A DNA stretch of 62,568 nucleotides from an uncultured Thermotoga sp. Lineage in GTDB: Bacteria > Thermotogota > Thermotogae > Thermotogales > Thermotogaceae. Each line of letters begins with the position of its first letter. Position 1 is the stretch's first letter. Made by a program: the position numbers and the translations under genes. Positions 28,235 through 37,223 of this stretch are shown here, one piece after another. The notes under the pieces were generated by a model. The model worked only from the letters and a program-made list of their open reading frames with translations. It was not told the origin of the DNA and did not search any database. Location: contig CAZANP010000003.1 in the NCBI GenBank assembly GCA_964486555.1, forward strand, positions 1 to 62,568. Reading direction: 5' to 3'.

Positions 28235-28264
28235 ATTCTATCAAGAACCACTTTTTGTTCCCAA
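28235..28264 (-). promoter_or_regulatory. candidate sigma70-type promoter for the BMP transporter operon
   Basis: On the minus strand: TTGGGA (28264-28259), 18-nt spacer, TAGAAT (28240-28235). Located upstream of the hairpin and SD. Motif match by eye only. Confidence 0.3.
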
Positions 28265-28291
28265 GTTATACAAAATTCATCGAAAACCTAT

Positions 28292-29299
28292 TCATATCAA
28301 TCTGTAGACTCCTCCATACCCTTCGACAATACCTTCCAGTTCCAACCTTGTGAGTTCAACGAGAACTTGTTCAACAGAAACTTTCAACCTCTGAGCGATT
28401 TCATCTGGAGTATTTATCCCTTTTCTTATGAGAGATACCAATATATTTTTCTCTTCATTTTCCTTTTCCTCAGAGATACCATACGTTTCCAGAATATCGC
28501 TGGGAGATGTTACAGGGTATGCTCCCATCTTTATGAGCCAGTTCGTTCCCTCACTTCTTTCCATACCTACATCACCAGGTACCGCAAAGACATCCCTTCC
28601 ATAATCTGCTGAATACCCTGCCGTTATCAAGGCCCCACTCTTTCTACCAGCTTCGACTATTAAGGTGCCAATCGACATACCCGCTATCAACCTGTTCCTT
28701 TCTGGAAATCTGAACTTTGCCGGCTTTGTTCCCAGTGGATATTCACTCACAACACAACCGTTTTTTATTATCTCCTCATATAACTTTCTATTGGAAGACG
28801 GATATATTATATCCACACCATTACCCAAAATTGCGACCGTTTTCCCACCAGTTTCTATAGCCGTGCTGTGGGCACACGAGTCTATACCAAAGGCCATACC
28901 CGAGATTATGACAAAATACTTGGAAAGTTCTTTAACGAACCTTTTTGTTACGCTCAAACCGTAACTGCTGGCTTTTCTCGTTCCAACCACCGCAAGCGAT
29001 TTCTCCCTCAAGACACTTTCGTCTCCAAGGATGAAGAGCAAAACTGGAGGATCAGGAATCTCCCTGAGAAGGGGAGGATAATTTTCATCCCAGTACGTTA
29101 TGATCTTTGCTTTCGTTTTCTCCAAGAGTTCATCCTGCTTCTCCAAGAATTCCCTGTCGTATTTCCCTCTAAATTTCCTTACTTTCAGAGGATTGGCTGT
29201 TTCCAAGAAAGTTTCCAGATCTTCTTTCAGATGAGGCTCTATCTCTTTGACCGTGAATGAACCGAAAAATCTCAAAGCGAGGATTTCTTCAAGATTCAT
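28292..29299 (-). CDS. dprA: DNA-processing protein DprA (Smf)
   Basis: 335 aa. Contains YPPLLREIPDPPVLLFILGD, VVGTRKAS, the Rossmann-like core GMAFGIDSCAH and a C-terminal winged-helix-like tail. Confidence 0.92.
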   Translation of the reverse strand: MNLEEILALRFFGSFTVKEIEPHLKEDLETFLETANPLKVRKFRGKYDREFLEKQDELLEKTKAKIITYWDENYPPLLREIPDPPVLLFILGDESVLREKSLAVVGTRKASSYGLSVTKRFVKELSKYFVIISGMAFGIDSCAHSTAIETGGKTVAILGNGVDIIYPSSNRKLYEEIIKNGCVVSEYPLGTKPAKFRFPERNRLIAGMSIGTLIVEAGRKSGALITAGYSADYGRDVFAVPGDVGMERSEGTNWLIKMGAYPVTSPSDILETYGISEEKENEEKNILVSLIRKGINTPDEIAQRLKVSVEQVLVELTRLELEGIVEGYGGVYRLI

Positions 29300-29579
29300 C
29301 GGAATATTCCTCCAGGATCTTCTTTATCTTCTCTGCGACACCTTGAGGTCTTCCTGGAAGACATCTGTCTATATCAACACCTTGCTTCACTATGGCACGT
29401 GCGTAGCTTTCACATCCTGGAAAACCACACGCACCACAGTTTGCACCAGGAAGAACCTTGACGATCATCTCTATTCTAGGGTCTTCCTTAACTTGGAATT
29501 TCTTCGCAGAATAGGCAAGAAATACTCCGAAAGAGAAACCAAGGATCGCCATGAGAAGGGTTGAATATAGAACCACCAT
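29289..29579 (-). CDS. rnfB: RnfB-like subunit, short form (TM helix plus single Cys4 cluster domain only)
   Basis: 96 aa. N-terminal TM helix, then GANCGACGFPGCESYARAI...DRCLPG. No CxxCxxCxxxCP ferredoxin-type motifs. Confidence 0.8.
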   Translation of the reverse strand: MVVLYSTLLMAILGFSFGVFLAYSAKKFQVKEDPRIEMIVKVLPGANCGACGFPGCESYARAIVKQGVDIDRCLPGRPQGVAEKIKKILEEYSDES

Positions 29580-29592
29580 GATCTCTCCTCCT

Positions 29593-30168
29593 TCAGAACT
29601 TGACCATACCTTGGAATCCCATGAAAGCCATGGAAAGGAGTCCCGCTATTATCAACGCAAGTCCTATTCCCTCAAAAGGTTTCGGTATATCGTAGAGTTC
29701 AAGCTTTTCTCTGATGCCAGCGAATATTATGAGAGCCAAGGCAAATCCAAGGCCAGAACCAAGGGCATGGATCACGGATTCTATGAAATTCAATTTCATC
29801 AGAGAATTCAGAAGGACCATTCCCAATATAGCACAGTTAGTGGTTATGAGGGGAAGGTATATTCCAAGAGCTTCATAAAGGCCCGGACTACTCTTCTTCA
29901 AGAACAGTTCCACGAACTGAACGAAGGAAGCTATCACTAGGATGAAAACGATGATTCTCAAAAATTCCATACCCAAAGAGACGAGCAGTTTATCCAAGAA
30001 CCAGGTTATCGCAGCAGAGACGGTCATAACGAACGTTACGGCTATTCCCATTCCGATTGCGGTATCCATCTTTCTTGAAACACCGAGAAAGGGACATATT
30101 CCTAAAAACCTCGCTAGAACGAAGTTGTTAACGAAAATAGCTGAGAAGAATATGAGAAACAGTTTCAT
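29593..30168 (-). CDS. rnfA: Rnf complex subunit A
   Basis: 191 aa. Contains NNFVLARFLGICPFLGVS, typical of RnfA/NqrE-like subunits. Confidence 0.93.
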   Translation of the reverse strand: MKLFLIFFSAIFVNNFVLARFLGICPFLGVSRKMDTAIGMGIAVTFVMTVSAAITWFLDKLLVSLGMEFLRIIVFILVIASFVQFVELFLKKSSPGLYEALGIYLPLITTNCAILGMVLLNSLMKLNFIESVIHALGSGLGFALALIIFAGIREKLELYDIPKPFEGIGLALIIAGLLSMAFMGFQGMVKF

Positions 30169-30181
30169 CGTTCACCCCTCC

Positions 30182-30787
30182 TCATTTCTTCTTCATCTTG
30201 AGCCCTATGAAACTGAAAAGTCCTGCTAGGAGTCCAAGGGTTATGTAAGCTCCCGGTGGAAGGATCATCAAGAACACGTTGAAGGACTTCCCCCAGATTT
30301 CAACGCCGAAGATCGTTCCACTTCCAAGAAGTTCTCTCACACTACCAAGGAGAACCAACGATCCTGTAAAGCCAAGCCCCATTCCAAGACCATCGAGAAA
30401 TGATCTCCAAACACCATTTTTGGAAGCGAAAGATTCCGCTCTTCCCATGATGATACAGTTCACAACTATGAGAGGGATGAAAAGCCCCAACGTTTTCCAT
30501 AGATCGTACGTGAAACCATGCATGAGGAGATCGACTATCGTAACGAAAGTCGCTATGACAACGATGAATATGGGTATCCTTATTTTCTCAGGAACCGCTT
30601 TTCTGAGGATGGATATAACGACGTTCGACATTGAAAGGACCGCCGTGGTTGCAAGTCCCATTCCAAGGCCATTCATGGCTGTCGTCGTAACAGCAAGCGT
30701 GGGACACATTCCAAGAACCTGTACATAAGTTGGATTTTCCCTTATGAAGCCTTTTGTGAATTCCTTCAAGGAACTGGCCATCCTCAT
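30182..30787 (-). CDS. rnfE: Rnf complex subunit E
   Basis: 201 aa. Contains [18 protein letters not shown], typical of RnfE/NqrD-like subunits. Confidence 0.93.
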   Translation of the reverse strand: MRMASSLKEFTKGFIRENPTYVQVLGMCPTLAVTTTAMNGLGMGLATTAVLSMSNVVISILRKAVPEKIRIPIFIVVIATFVTIVDLLMHGFTYDLWKTLGLFIPLIVVNCIIMGRAESFASKNGVWRSFLDGLGMGLGFTGSLVLLGSVRELLGSGTIFGVEIWGKSFNVFLMILPPGAYITLGLLAGLFSFIGLKMKKK

Positions 30788-31464
30788 CCCTCCCCGAATT
30801 TCTTCTTCAGATACTCGTACATCAGGTTTATACTCGTGACGACCGCTCTCGGAGTTATCGTGGCACCTGTCATGACATCACTGGTCTTTATTATTCCCTT
30901 TTTTCTCAATTCCTTAGGAGATCCAGGTGGGGAACCAGCATCTTTATCGACTTTCAACCCTCTTCTAAGACCAGTTGGTGGAACCGGAAAGAATCTCTTT
31001 TGAATATCCTCCTCCGCTATCTTGGCCCCGAGTCCTGGTGTTTCCTGGGAGTACTCTATGACCCTTATGGAATTCAGGGAAAAATCTCCATCCTCCTTCA
31101 AAAAACATGCGACAGTTACCACGTTGCCTCCAAAACCAGGGGCGGCACCGGAAAGGACAAAAGCGATCTTCCCATTCTTCGTTTTGAATTCGTATACCGG
31201 GCCGTACACTATTCCCTTCGATGTTTCTTCCAAAACGACACTCTCTATTCCCGTTTTCTTGACCACTTTCTCTATTTCAGATTCTTTCACTAGATAATTC
31301 CCTGTCAGAGGATCCTTAAGTACGTACTCTATGGCTTTCAATTTCGCCTCTCTATCAGCTTTTTCTATCCTCCCTTTAACACCTGCGTAAACCAATCCTA
31401 AAACCAACCCCGCCACGAGTGTGAAGAGCATCAGAGTTACGCCGGTTTTCAGAATATCTTTCAT
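30784..31464 (-). CDS. rnfG: Rnf complex subunit G (FMN-binding)
   Basis: 226 aa. N-terminal TM helix, FMN_bind-type domain and the flavinylation-type motif [11 protein letters not shown]. Confidence 0.9.
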   Translation of the reverse strand: MKDILKTGVTLMLFTLVAGLVLGLVYAGVKGRIEKADREAKLKAIEYVLKDPLTGNYLVKESEIEKVVKKTGIESVVLEETSKGIVYGPVYEFKTKNGKIAFVLSGAAPGFGGNVVTVACFLKEDGDFSLNSIRVIEYSQETPGLGAKIAEEDIQKRFFPVPPTGLRRGLKVDKDAGSPPGSPKELRKKGIIKTSDVMTGATITPRAVVTSINLMYEYLKKKFGEG

Positions 31465-32420
31465 CTTTTCACCTCCCCGAATACCCGGGGTTTGGTCACA
31501 GCATCTATTATCGGAACGAGTGAATTCATGAAAAGAATGGAAAGAGAAACTCCTTCAGGATACGCTCCAAAGAGTCTTATGACCACCGTTAGAACTCCAC
31601 AGCCCAAACCGAAGATCAGTTGCCCTTTTCGCGTCATGGGGCTCGTTACCATATCTGTTGCCATGAAGAGCGCCCCAAGCATCAATCCCCCGCTTAAGAT
31701 ATGGAATATCGGGTCACCGAATTTCGGATTTATCGCATAGAATATCGCCGTCATCACAAAAACTGTTCCTATGTAAGATATGGGTATCATCACCTTTATT
31801 CTCTTCCTCAAAAGAAGGTAAACGAAACCGATTAAAAGGAGCAGGACACTCGTTTCACCCAAGGATCCTCCAACTTTTCCGATGAACAGGTCCCAATAAG
31901 TTACGTTCATCTGGCCTCCTTCCTTCAATATCATCAAGGGAGTAGCGGCTGTCTGAACATCCCAAGGAGACTTAAGAAAACCAGCACCAGGTATTATCCA
32001 AGTCGTCATATAGGTTGGAAAAGATATCATAAGGAAAACTCTTCCCACAAGAGCTGGATTGAATATGTTCTGACCCAATCCTCCAAAAACGTGTTTTCCA
32101 ACACCAAGCGCGAATATCAATCCAATCAGAAATATCCCCACAGGGAGTCTTGCGCTCACGTTCAAAGCGAGCAAAACTCCTGTCACCGCACCGCTGCCAT
32201 CCGGCACGAAATCTTTCTTTCCTCTTATCCATCTCATGATTATGTAATCTATCAGCTCTCCTACAGCCATACCAAGAATGCTGAGAAAGAGAGCGTACCA
32301 TCCAAAGAAAATTGACGCTCCTATGACGGCAGGTATAAGCGCTATTAGAACATCGATCATTATGGATCTAACGTTGTCAAAACTTCTAATGTGTGGAGCA
32401 TTCGCTGTTATGAGCTTCAT
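31461..32420 (-). CDS. rnfD: Rnf complex subunit D
   Basis: 319-aa polytopic protein of the NqrB/RnfD type. 4-nt overlaps on both sides. Confidence 0.92.
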   Translation of the reverse strand: MKLITANAPHIRSFDNVRSIMIDVLIALIPAVIGASIFFGWYALFLSILGMAVGELIDYIIMRWIRGKKDFVPDGSGAVTGVLLALNVSARLPVGIFLIGLIFALGVGKHVFGGLGQNIFNPALVGRVFLMISFPTYMTTWIIPGAGFLKSPWDVQTAATPLMILKEGGQMNVTYWDLFIGKVGGSLGETSVLLLLIGFVYLLLRKRIKVMIPISYIGTVFVMTAIFYAINPKFGDPIFHILSGGLMLGALFMATDMVTSPMTRKGQLIFGLGCGVLTVVIRLFGAYPEGVSLSILFMNSLVPIIDAVTKPRVFGEVKR

Positions 32421-33727
32421 TTTTTACCCCCCCTTAGGGCTCTGTAGACGTTCTTCGCGAGCTTTATGTATCTGACATGTTCGATCTTCGATGGACAGAT
32501 GAAAGCGCATGAACCGCATTCTATACAGTCCATGAGGCCTTCTTTGACAGCATCATCGTATCTTTTCTTCAAGGCCAGAAGATAGAGGAGATAGGGCTGC
32601 AAGTTCATCGGACACGCTTCGACACATCTTGAACATCTGATACACGGTTTTGGAACCAGAGGTTTTTCAGGTAGAAGGGCAACTATCCCCGATGTACCCT
32701 TAAAGATGGGAGTGTTTACATCCCTTATAGCTATTCCCATCATCGGTCCACCAAGGATTATCCTGTTGGTCTCTTCTTTCACTCCCCCACAAAGTTCTAG
32801 AATCCATGAGACGGGAGAACCGATTCTGACTATGAGATTCTTCGGCTCATTCACACCTTCCCCTGCGACTGTAAGTCCCCTCTCTACCAAGGGCTTTCCA
32901 TCCGCTACCGCTTCTTTTACGGCAACGGCTGTTCCAACGTTTTGAACTACAACACCAACATCCATTGGTAAACCACCAGAGGGTACTTTTCTTCCCGTCA
33001 CAGCGTATATCAACTGCTTTTCGGAACCCTGAGGGTATTTCGTCTTCAAGGTATAAACTTTGGCTATTCCCCTCAGGACTTTTTTCATATTCTCAACGGC
33101 ATCAATCTTGTTGTTCTCTATCCCAACGATGACTTCTTCAACATCCAATATTTTTTTCATTATCGATATACCGTGTGCTATATCTTCTGCCCTTTCTAAC
33201 ATGAGTCTGTGATCTATCGTCAGATAGGGTTCACACTCGGCACCATTTATTATCAGAGTGTCTATTTTCTTCTCAGGCGGGGGAGAGAGTTTCACATGTG
33301 TCGGAAACATGGCACCCCCTAATCCAACGATACCGGCTTTTTTGACAATATCAACAAGCTCTTCCTTGGAAAACCTCTCAAAGTCTCCATGTGGAAGAAG
33401 TTCCCAATCGTCGTCACCGGTTCTCTCTATAACCACGGTATCTATGGGTTTTCCAATAACGGGGTGGAGCATCTTCTTTATTTCCACAACCTTCCCTGTT
33501 ACTGGGGAATGGACGTAAGCGGATATGAAAGCGGTGGGCTCTCCTATAACCTGTCCTGTTTTCACCTCCTGTCCAGTCTCGACCACCGGCTTTGCGGGAG
33601 CTCCCGCATGATTGGACATGGAGACAAATACTCTGCTTGGAAGAGGAGCTCTGACGATTTCTCTATCCCTAGAGAGTTCCTTCCTTTCCGGTGGATGAAC
33701 TCCTCCTCTGAAGGTAAAAAGCTTCAC
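32417..33727 (-). CDS. rnfC: Rnf complex subunit C
   Basis: The family N-terminus KLFTFRGGVHPPE begins at GTG 33727, preceded by GGAGGTG. Two 4Fe-4S motifs: CIRCSRCVEACP and CIECGSCAFICP. The ORF-track start at 33808 is a spurious extension. Confidence 0.93.
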   Translation of the reverse strand: MKLFTFRGGVHPPERKELSRDREIVRAPLPSRVFVSMSNHAGAPAKPVVETGQEVKTGQVIGEPTAFISAYVHSPVTGKVVEIKKMLHPVIGKPIDTVVIERTGDDDWELLPHGDFERFSKEELVDIVKKAGIVGLGGAMFPTHVKLSPPPEKKIDTLIINGAECEPYLTIDHRLMLERAEDIAHGISIMKKILDVEEVIVGIENNKIDAVENMKKVLRGIAKVYTLKTKYPQGSEKQLIYAVTGRKVPSGGLPMDVGVVVQNVGTAVAVKEAVADGKPLVERGLTVAGEGVNEPKNLIVRIGSPVSWILELCGGVKEETNRIILGGPMMGIAIRDVNTPIFKGTSGIVALLPEKPLVPKPCIRCSRCVEACPMNLQPYLLYLLALKKRYDDAVKEGLMDCIECGSCAFICPSKIEHVRYIKLAKNVYRALRGGKK

Positions 33728-34596
33728 CTTTTCACCTCCCAGGGTTGCAGATTGTAATGGATACGACTGGGCCTTTCGGTGTAGAATGGGCGAGTACAAT
33801 GGGGACATCCTCCTGGTAGGAAAGCAGAAGGAGGAACTGGAACATCTGTTCCAAAATCTTCGATGTTTCCGTTTTCGTTGAATCTCATGTCCTCGTATCT
33901 TACGATCCCTTTGTATATATAGTATCTTGCCATCTGGATCCTCCTATACTTCGAGACCGATGGGGGAGGGTGATTCCAAAGTTTCGTTCCTTCCACTGGT
34001 GTGAAAGCAAAAAGCGCCGTTAAAACCCCTAAATCCTTCATCGTTTGTAGTATTTTCACTAGGTCTTCTTCACTCTCTCCCAGCCCAACTATCAAATGAG
34101 TTGTTATCCTTCCTGGGAATCTTTCAGCAGCCTGCTCAATCAATTTTAAAAACCTTCTCAGATCTCCTCCTCTTATCTTCCGAAAAAGAGATTCATTTGC
34201 AACATCTATGGGAATCCCAACCCTATCGGCTCCTCTCTCAAAATACTCGGATACTTCATCTAAACTCATCGGGCGGGTGGATACGGAAAGAGGTTTCCTG
34301 ACAAAGTCAACGATCTTCAAGACATCATCATGGCTACCTGGGTAGTTTACAACTTGAAGACACACCCTTTTGATCCCTTCTGATTCGTTTATTAATTCAA
34401 GGATGGATGAATCCACTTCTTTCCATATGACCCTTGAAAGCAGGGAGGAAGATGCACGGGAGGATCTTGCGTGAGAACAATAATGACAGTCGTATATACA
34501 TGTCCCATCGAGCATCAAATAAGCTGTCTCCATTTCGATCTTTACTTTACTCATCCCTAGGATGGAGAGAGTTCCCACAGATGCCCTTAATTTCAC
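33724..34596 (-). CDS. radical SAM protein (BioB/LipA-like fold), function unknown
   Basis: 290 aa. CX3CX2C motif CIYDCHYC (nt 34477-34500). BioB-like segment HLIVGLGESEEDL. GTG start with GAGGTG SD. The stop overlaps the rnfC start (GTGA). Confidence 0.8.
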   Translation of the reverse strand: MKLRASVGTLSILGMSKVKIEMETAYLMLDGTCIYDCHYCSHARSSRASSSLLSRVIWKEVDSSILELINESEGIKRVCLQVVNYPGSHDDVLKIVDFVRKPLSVSTRPMSLDEVSEYFERGADRVGIPIDVANESLFRKIRGGDLRRFLKLIEQAAERFPGRITTHLIVGLGESEEDLVKILQTMKDLGVLTALFAFTPVEGTKLWNHPPPSVSKYRRIQMARYYIYKGIVRYEDMRFNENGNIEDFGTDVPVPPSAFLPGGCPHCTRPFYTERPSRIHYNLQPWEVKR

Positions 34597-34888
34597 CGTA
34601 TAACACCTCGTATACTCTCTCGTATTTTCTATCTTCCCTTGTCAACACAACTGTCAGTGTCCTTCCCTCACTGATGATATCCACTCCAAAACCATTATAT
34701 TCCTTTGGAATATATATGTTATATACGTATCTGTAAAAGATTGTATCGAAAGTTCTATTGGCTACCTCTTTCTCCTCATAAAAACGAATGATGTTAAAAG
34801 ACTTCGTGATGAAGTCCGCTACCATGAAGAACGCCAAAGAAATCAAGAAGATCGCGATCAAAGCTTCCAAGAATATACTGCCTTTCAT
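34547..34888 (-). CDS. prepilin-type N-terminal cleavage/methylation motif protein (pseudopilin-like)
   Basis: 113 aa from ATG 34888. Starts MKG/SIFLEALIAIFLISLAFF: Gly, then Glu at +5, then a hydrophobic helix (class III signal pattern). ATGA overlap with the upstream gene. The ORF-track N-terminal extension was rejected. Confidence 0.6.
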   Translation of the reverse strand: MKGSIFLEALIAIFLISLAFFMVADFITKSFNIIRFYEEKEVANRTFDTIFYRYVYNIYIPKEYNGFGVDIISEGRTLTVVLTREDRKYERVYEVLYGEIKGICGNSLHPRDE

Positions 34889-35940
34889 CCAAAGAACAGA
34901 TAAGATATTATCAGGAAAACCCCTATGAAAAGAAGCGTTAAAAGAAAAGCTATGAGAAAATCCATTTTTGAGCTCTTTACAATTGGAGGAGGTTCCGACA
35001 ACTCTTTCAATTTTTTCAAATTCACTGTCTCTTTCTCCGTTTCTTCCAGAATCTCTCCTATCTTTCCCAACCATTCCTCCTCACTCTCACCGGCGATTTT
35101 GGTTTTGTACTTCTTCTCACTACTCAGTATCTTCAGAGATTTCGGTATCAACGCCTTCCCAAGAACGCCGTTTCCAAAATCGACTTTTATGAGGTAATGA
35201 TACCCTCCTTTCTTGCTCCTCACGAGCTCCTTTGAAACCAAAGTGCCTGGAAACGGTATGTTGCTTGTTTTCCCCTCGAACCTATCTGGAAAATCGTTCA
35301 AGAGTTTTTTCTTATTCTCCTCACTCCCCAGGTTCAAAACGACGAAGTATATGCTATCTCCAACATCGAATTCATCCAGAGATTTTCCATCTATCGGGTC
35401 TATTACGGGGAATATCTCAGGGAGATCCTTCACATCAGGTCTTTGGAAGACGTTCAAGATGAGCTCGTCATCTAACTCACTTATTTGAGATTGAAAACTA
35501 CTAACAGAGAATTCTTCAAGTGATATGGCTGTGGCTTCAACATCTACCTCGATTTTGGAAGACCAACCACTGAGAAGTTCCGTCAAAATCACCTTCACAA
35601 CATCTATATCGCTCTCTTTAACCGCTGTCCCGAGTTCCGCTCCTAAAAGCCTCCCCGATTTTCTGGATATCTGGCTCTGGAAATAATTCAGAAATTCCTT
35701 TGTTAGAGAGGAAGCTTCTCCTGCCTCTCTCTCAACTCTTTTCTTCAATCTTTTGAAGTTCTCAACGAAGGTGTTGTAATCATCCTTCAAACTCACCATG
35801 TTGAGCATCCTAGAATATCTACTGGGGACGACCACGAAATCGTAGTCGGGAAGCTCTCCTATTTTCCCAAGCATGTAACCTAAAATTTCCTCTGCAGTCA
35901 ATTTAGAAGACGCTCTAAGTTTTATGAAGTAAAGTTCCAA
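34885..35940 (-). CDS. hypothetical protein with a single C-terminal transmembrane anchor
   Basis: 351 aa. Charged soluble body, then a terminal hydrophobic segment MDFLIAFLLTLLFIGVFLIISYLFFG. No recognisable catalytic motif. Confidence 0.6.
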   Translation of the reverse strand: MELYFIKLRASSKLTAEEILGYMLGKIGELPDYDFVVVPSRYSRMLNMVSLKDDYNTFVENFKRLKKRVEREAGEASSLTKEFLNYFQSQISRKSGRLLGAELGTAVKESDIDVVKVILTELLSGWSSKIEVDVEATAISLEEFSVSSFQSQISELDDELILNVFQRPDVKDLPEIFPVIDPIDGKSLDEFDVGDSIYFVVLNLGSEENKKKLLNDFPDRFEGKTSNIPFPGTLVSKELVRSKKGGYHYLIKVDFGNGVLGKALIPKSLKILSSEKKYKTKIAGESEEEWLGKIGEILEETEKETVNLKKLKELSEPPPIVKSSKMDFLIAFLLTLLFIGVFLIISYLFFG

Positions 35941-35945
35941 CCCTA

Positions 35946-37214
35946 TTACCTCCTATGGAAGATGTACCCACCTGATTCCAAGGTGCGAGATTCAAAGTCA
36001 TTGGGATCAACGTCAACTCCTATGACACAATTCTTCCCTATGGTGACGTCGTCTGGTATAACCGAGTCCATCCCAACAACCGTTATGAGTCCCGAATACA
36101 CCTTTGGGTCGTACTCGTTCTTCTTATCCTCTCCCACACCTATTCTAACGTTCTTCCCTATAATCACGTTCTCAGCCACAACCACATTCTCAAGGGAACA
36201 ATTCCTTCCTATGAAGGTTCTGGTCATTACGATTGAGTTGACGATATGTGATCCTTCCTCCACGATGACTCCCTGAAATAGAACGGAATTTTCCACTTTA
36301 CCGTAAACTTCACACCCTTCACTTATTATGGAGTTCATGACCTCAGCCGTTGGTGAAACGTAGGAAGGAGGCATTTCCTCAGTGTGGGTGAAGAATTTCC
36401 AGTTTGGATCGTGAAGATTCAGAGGAGGTAGTGGTGATGTGAGTTCTAAGTTCGATTCCCAGTAAGACTTTATGGTTCCAACATCTTTCCAATAACCCTC
36501 GAATTTGAAGGCGTAAAGTTTCCCCAAATTCTCCCTGACGATTCTGGGAATGATATCCTTCCCGAAGTCATGAGAACTTTCCTCGTTCCTCTCATCCTCT
36601 TCCAATATTTTTTTCAGAAAATCGTAATTGAAAATGTATATCCCCAATGACGCCAGATTCGATCTTGGTTTTTCTGGTTTTTCCTGAAATTCCACAATTC
36701 TTCCATCCAGATCCGTAACCATTATTCCGAATCTACTGGCTTCCTCAAGCGGCACTTCCATGCAGGCTATCGTTCCATCAGCCCCTTTCAAGATGTGAAA
36801 ATCCAGAAGATCGTTGTAATCCATGGCATAGACATGGTCTCCGGAGAGTATCAGAACGTAGTCTGCTCCGCTTTCCTCTATGAATTCCAGATTCTGATAA
36901 ACGGCGTTCGCTGTGCCCTTATACCATTCCGACTCTTCGCTTCCAACATAAGGAGGAAGAATGGTAACCCCTCCATCTTTTCTGTCAAGATCCCATGGTT
37001 TCCCTATACCGATATGCTTTGTTAGAACGTGAGGTTTGTATTGCGTGAGGACGCCTATTTTGTATATACCAGAATTTACACAATTACTCAAGGTGAAATC
37101 TATCAACCTGTATTTACCGCCAAATGGTACAGCCGGTTTTGCTATCTTCTCCGTCAAAACACCAAGTCTTGTTCCCTGTCCACCTGCAAGGATCATGGCC
37201 GTTACTTTTCTCAT
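35946..37214 (-). CDS. glgC: glucose-1-phosphate adenylyltransferase
   Basis: 422 aa. Contains [38 protein letters not shown] and a C-terminal hexapeptide beta-helix. Confidence 0.95.
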   Translation of the reverse strand: MRKVTAMILAGGQGTRLGVLTEKIAKPAVPFGGKYRLIDFTLSNCVNSGIYKIGVLTQYKPHVLTKHIGIGKPWDLDRKDGGVTILPPYVGSEESEWYKGTANAVYQNLEFIEESGADYVLILSGDHVYAMDYNDLLDFHILKGADGTIACMEVPLEEASRFGIMVTDLDGRIVEFQEKPEKPRSNLASLGIYIFNYDFLKKILEEDERNEESSHDFGKDIIPRIVRENLGKLYAFKFEGYWKDVGTIKSYWESNLELTSPLPPLNLHDPNWKFFTHTEEMPPSYVSPTAEVMNSIISEGCEVYGKVENSVLFQGVIVEEGSHIVNSIVMTRTFIGRNCSLENVVVAENVIIGKNVRIGVGEDKKNEYDPKVYSGLITVVGMDSVIPDDVTIGKNCVIGVDVDPNDFESRTLESGGYIFHRR

Positions 37215-37223
37215 AAGATCACC

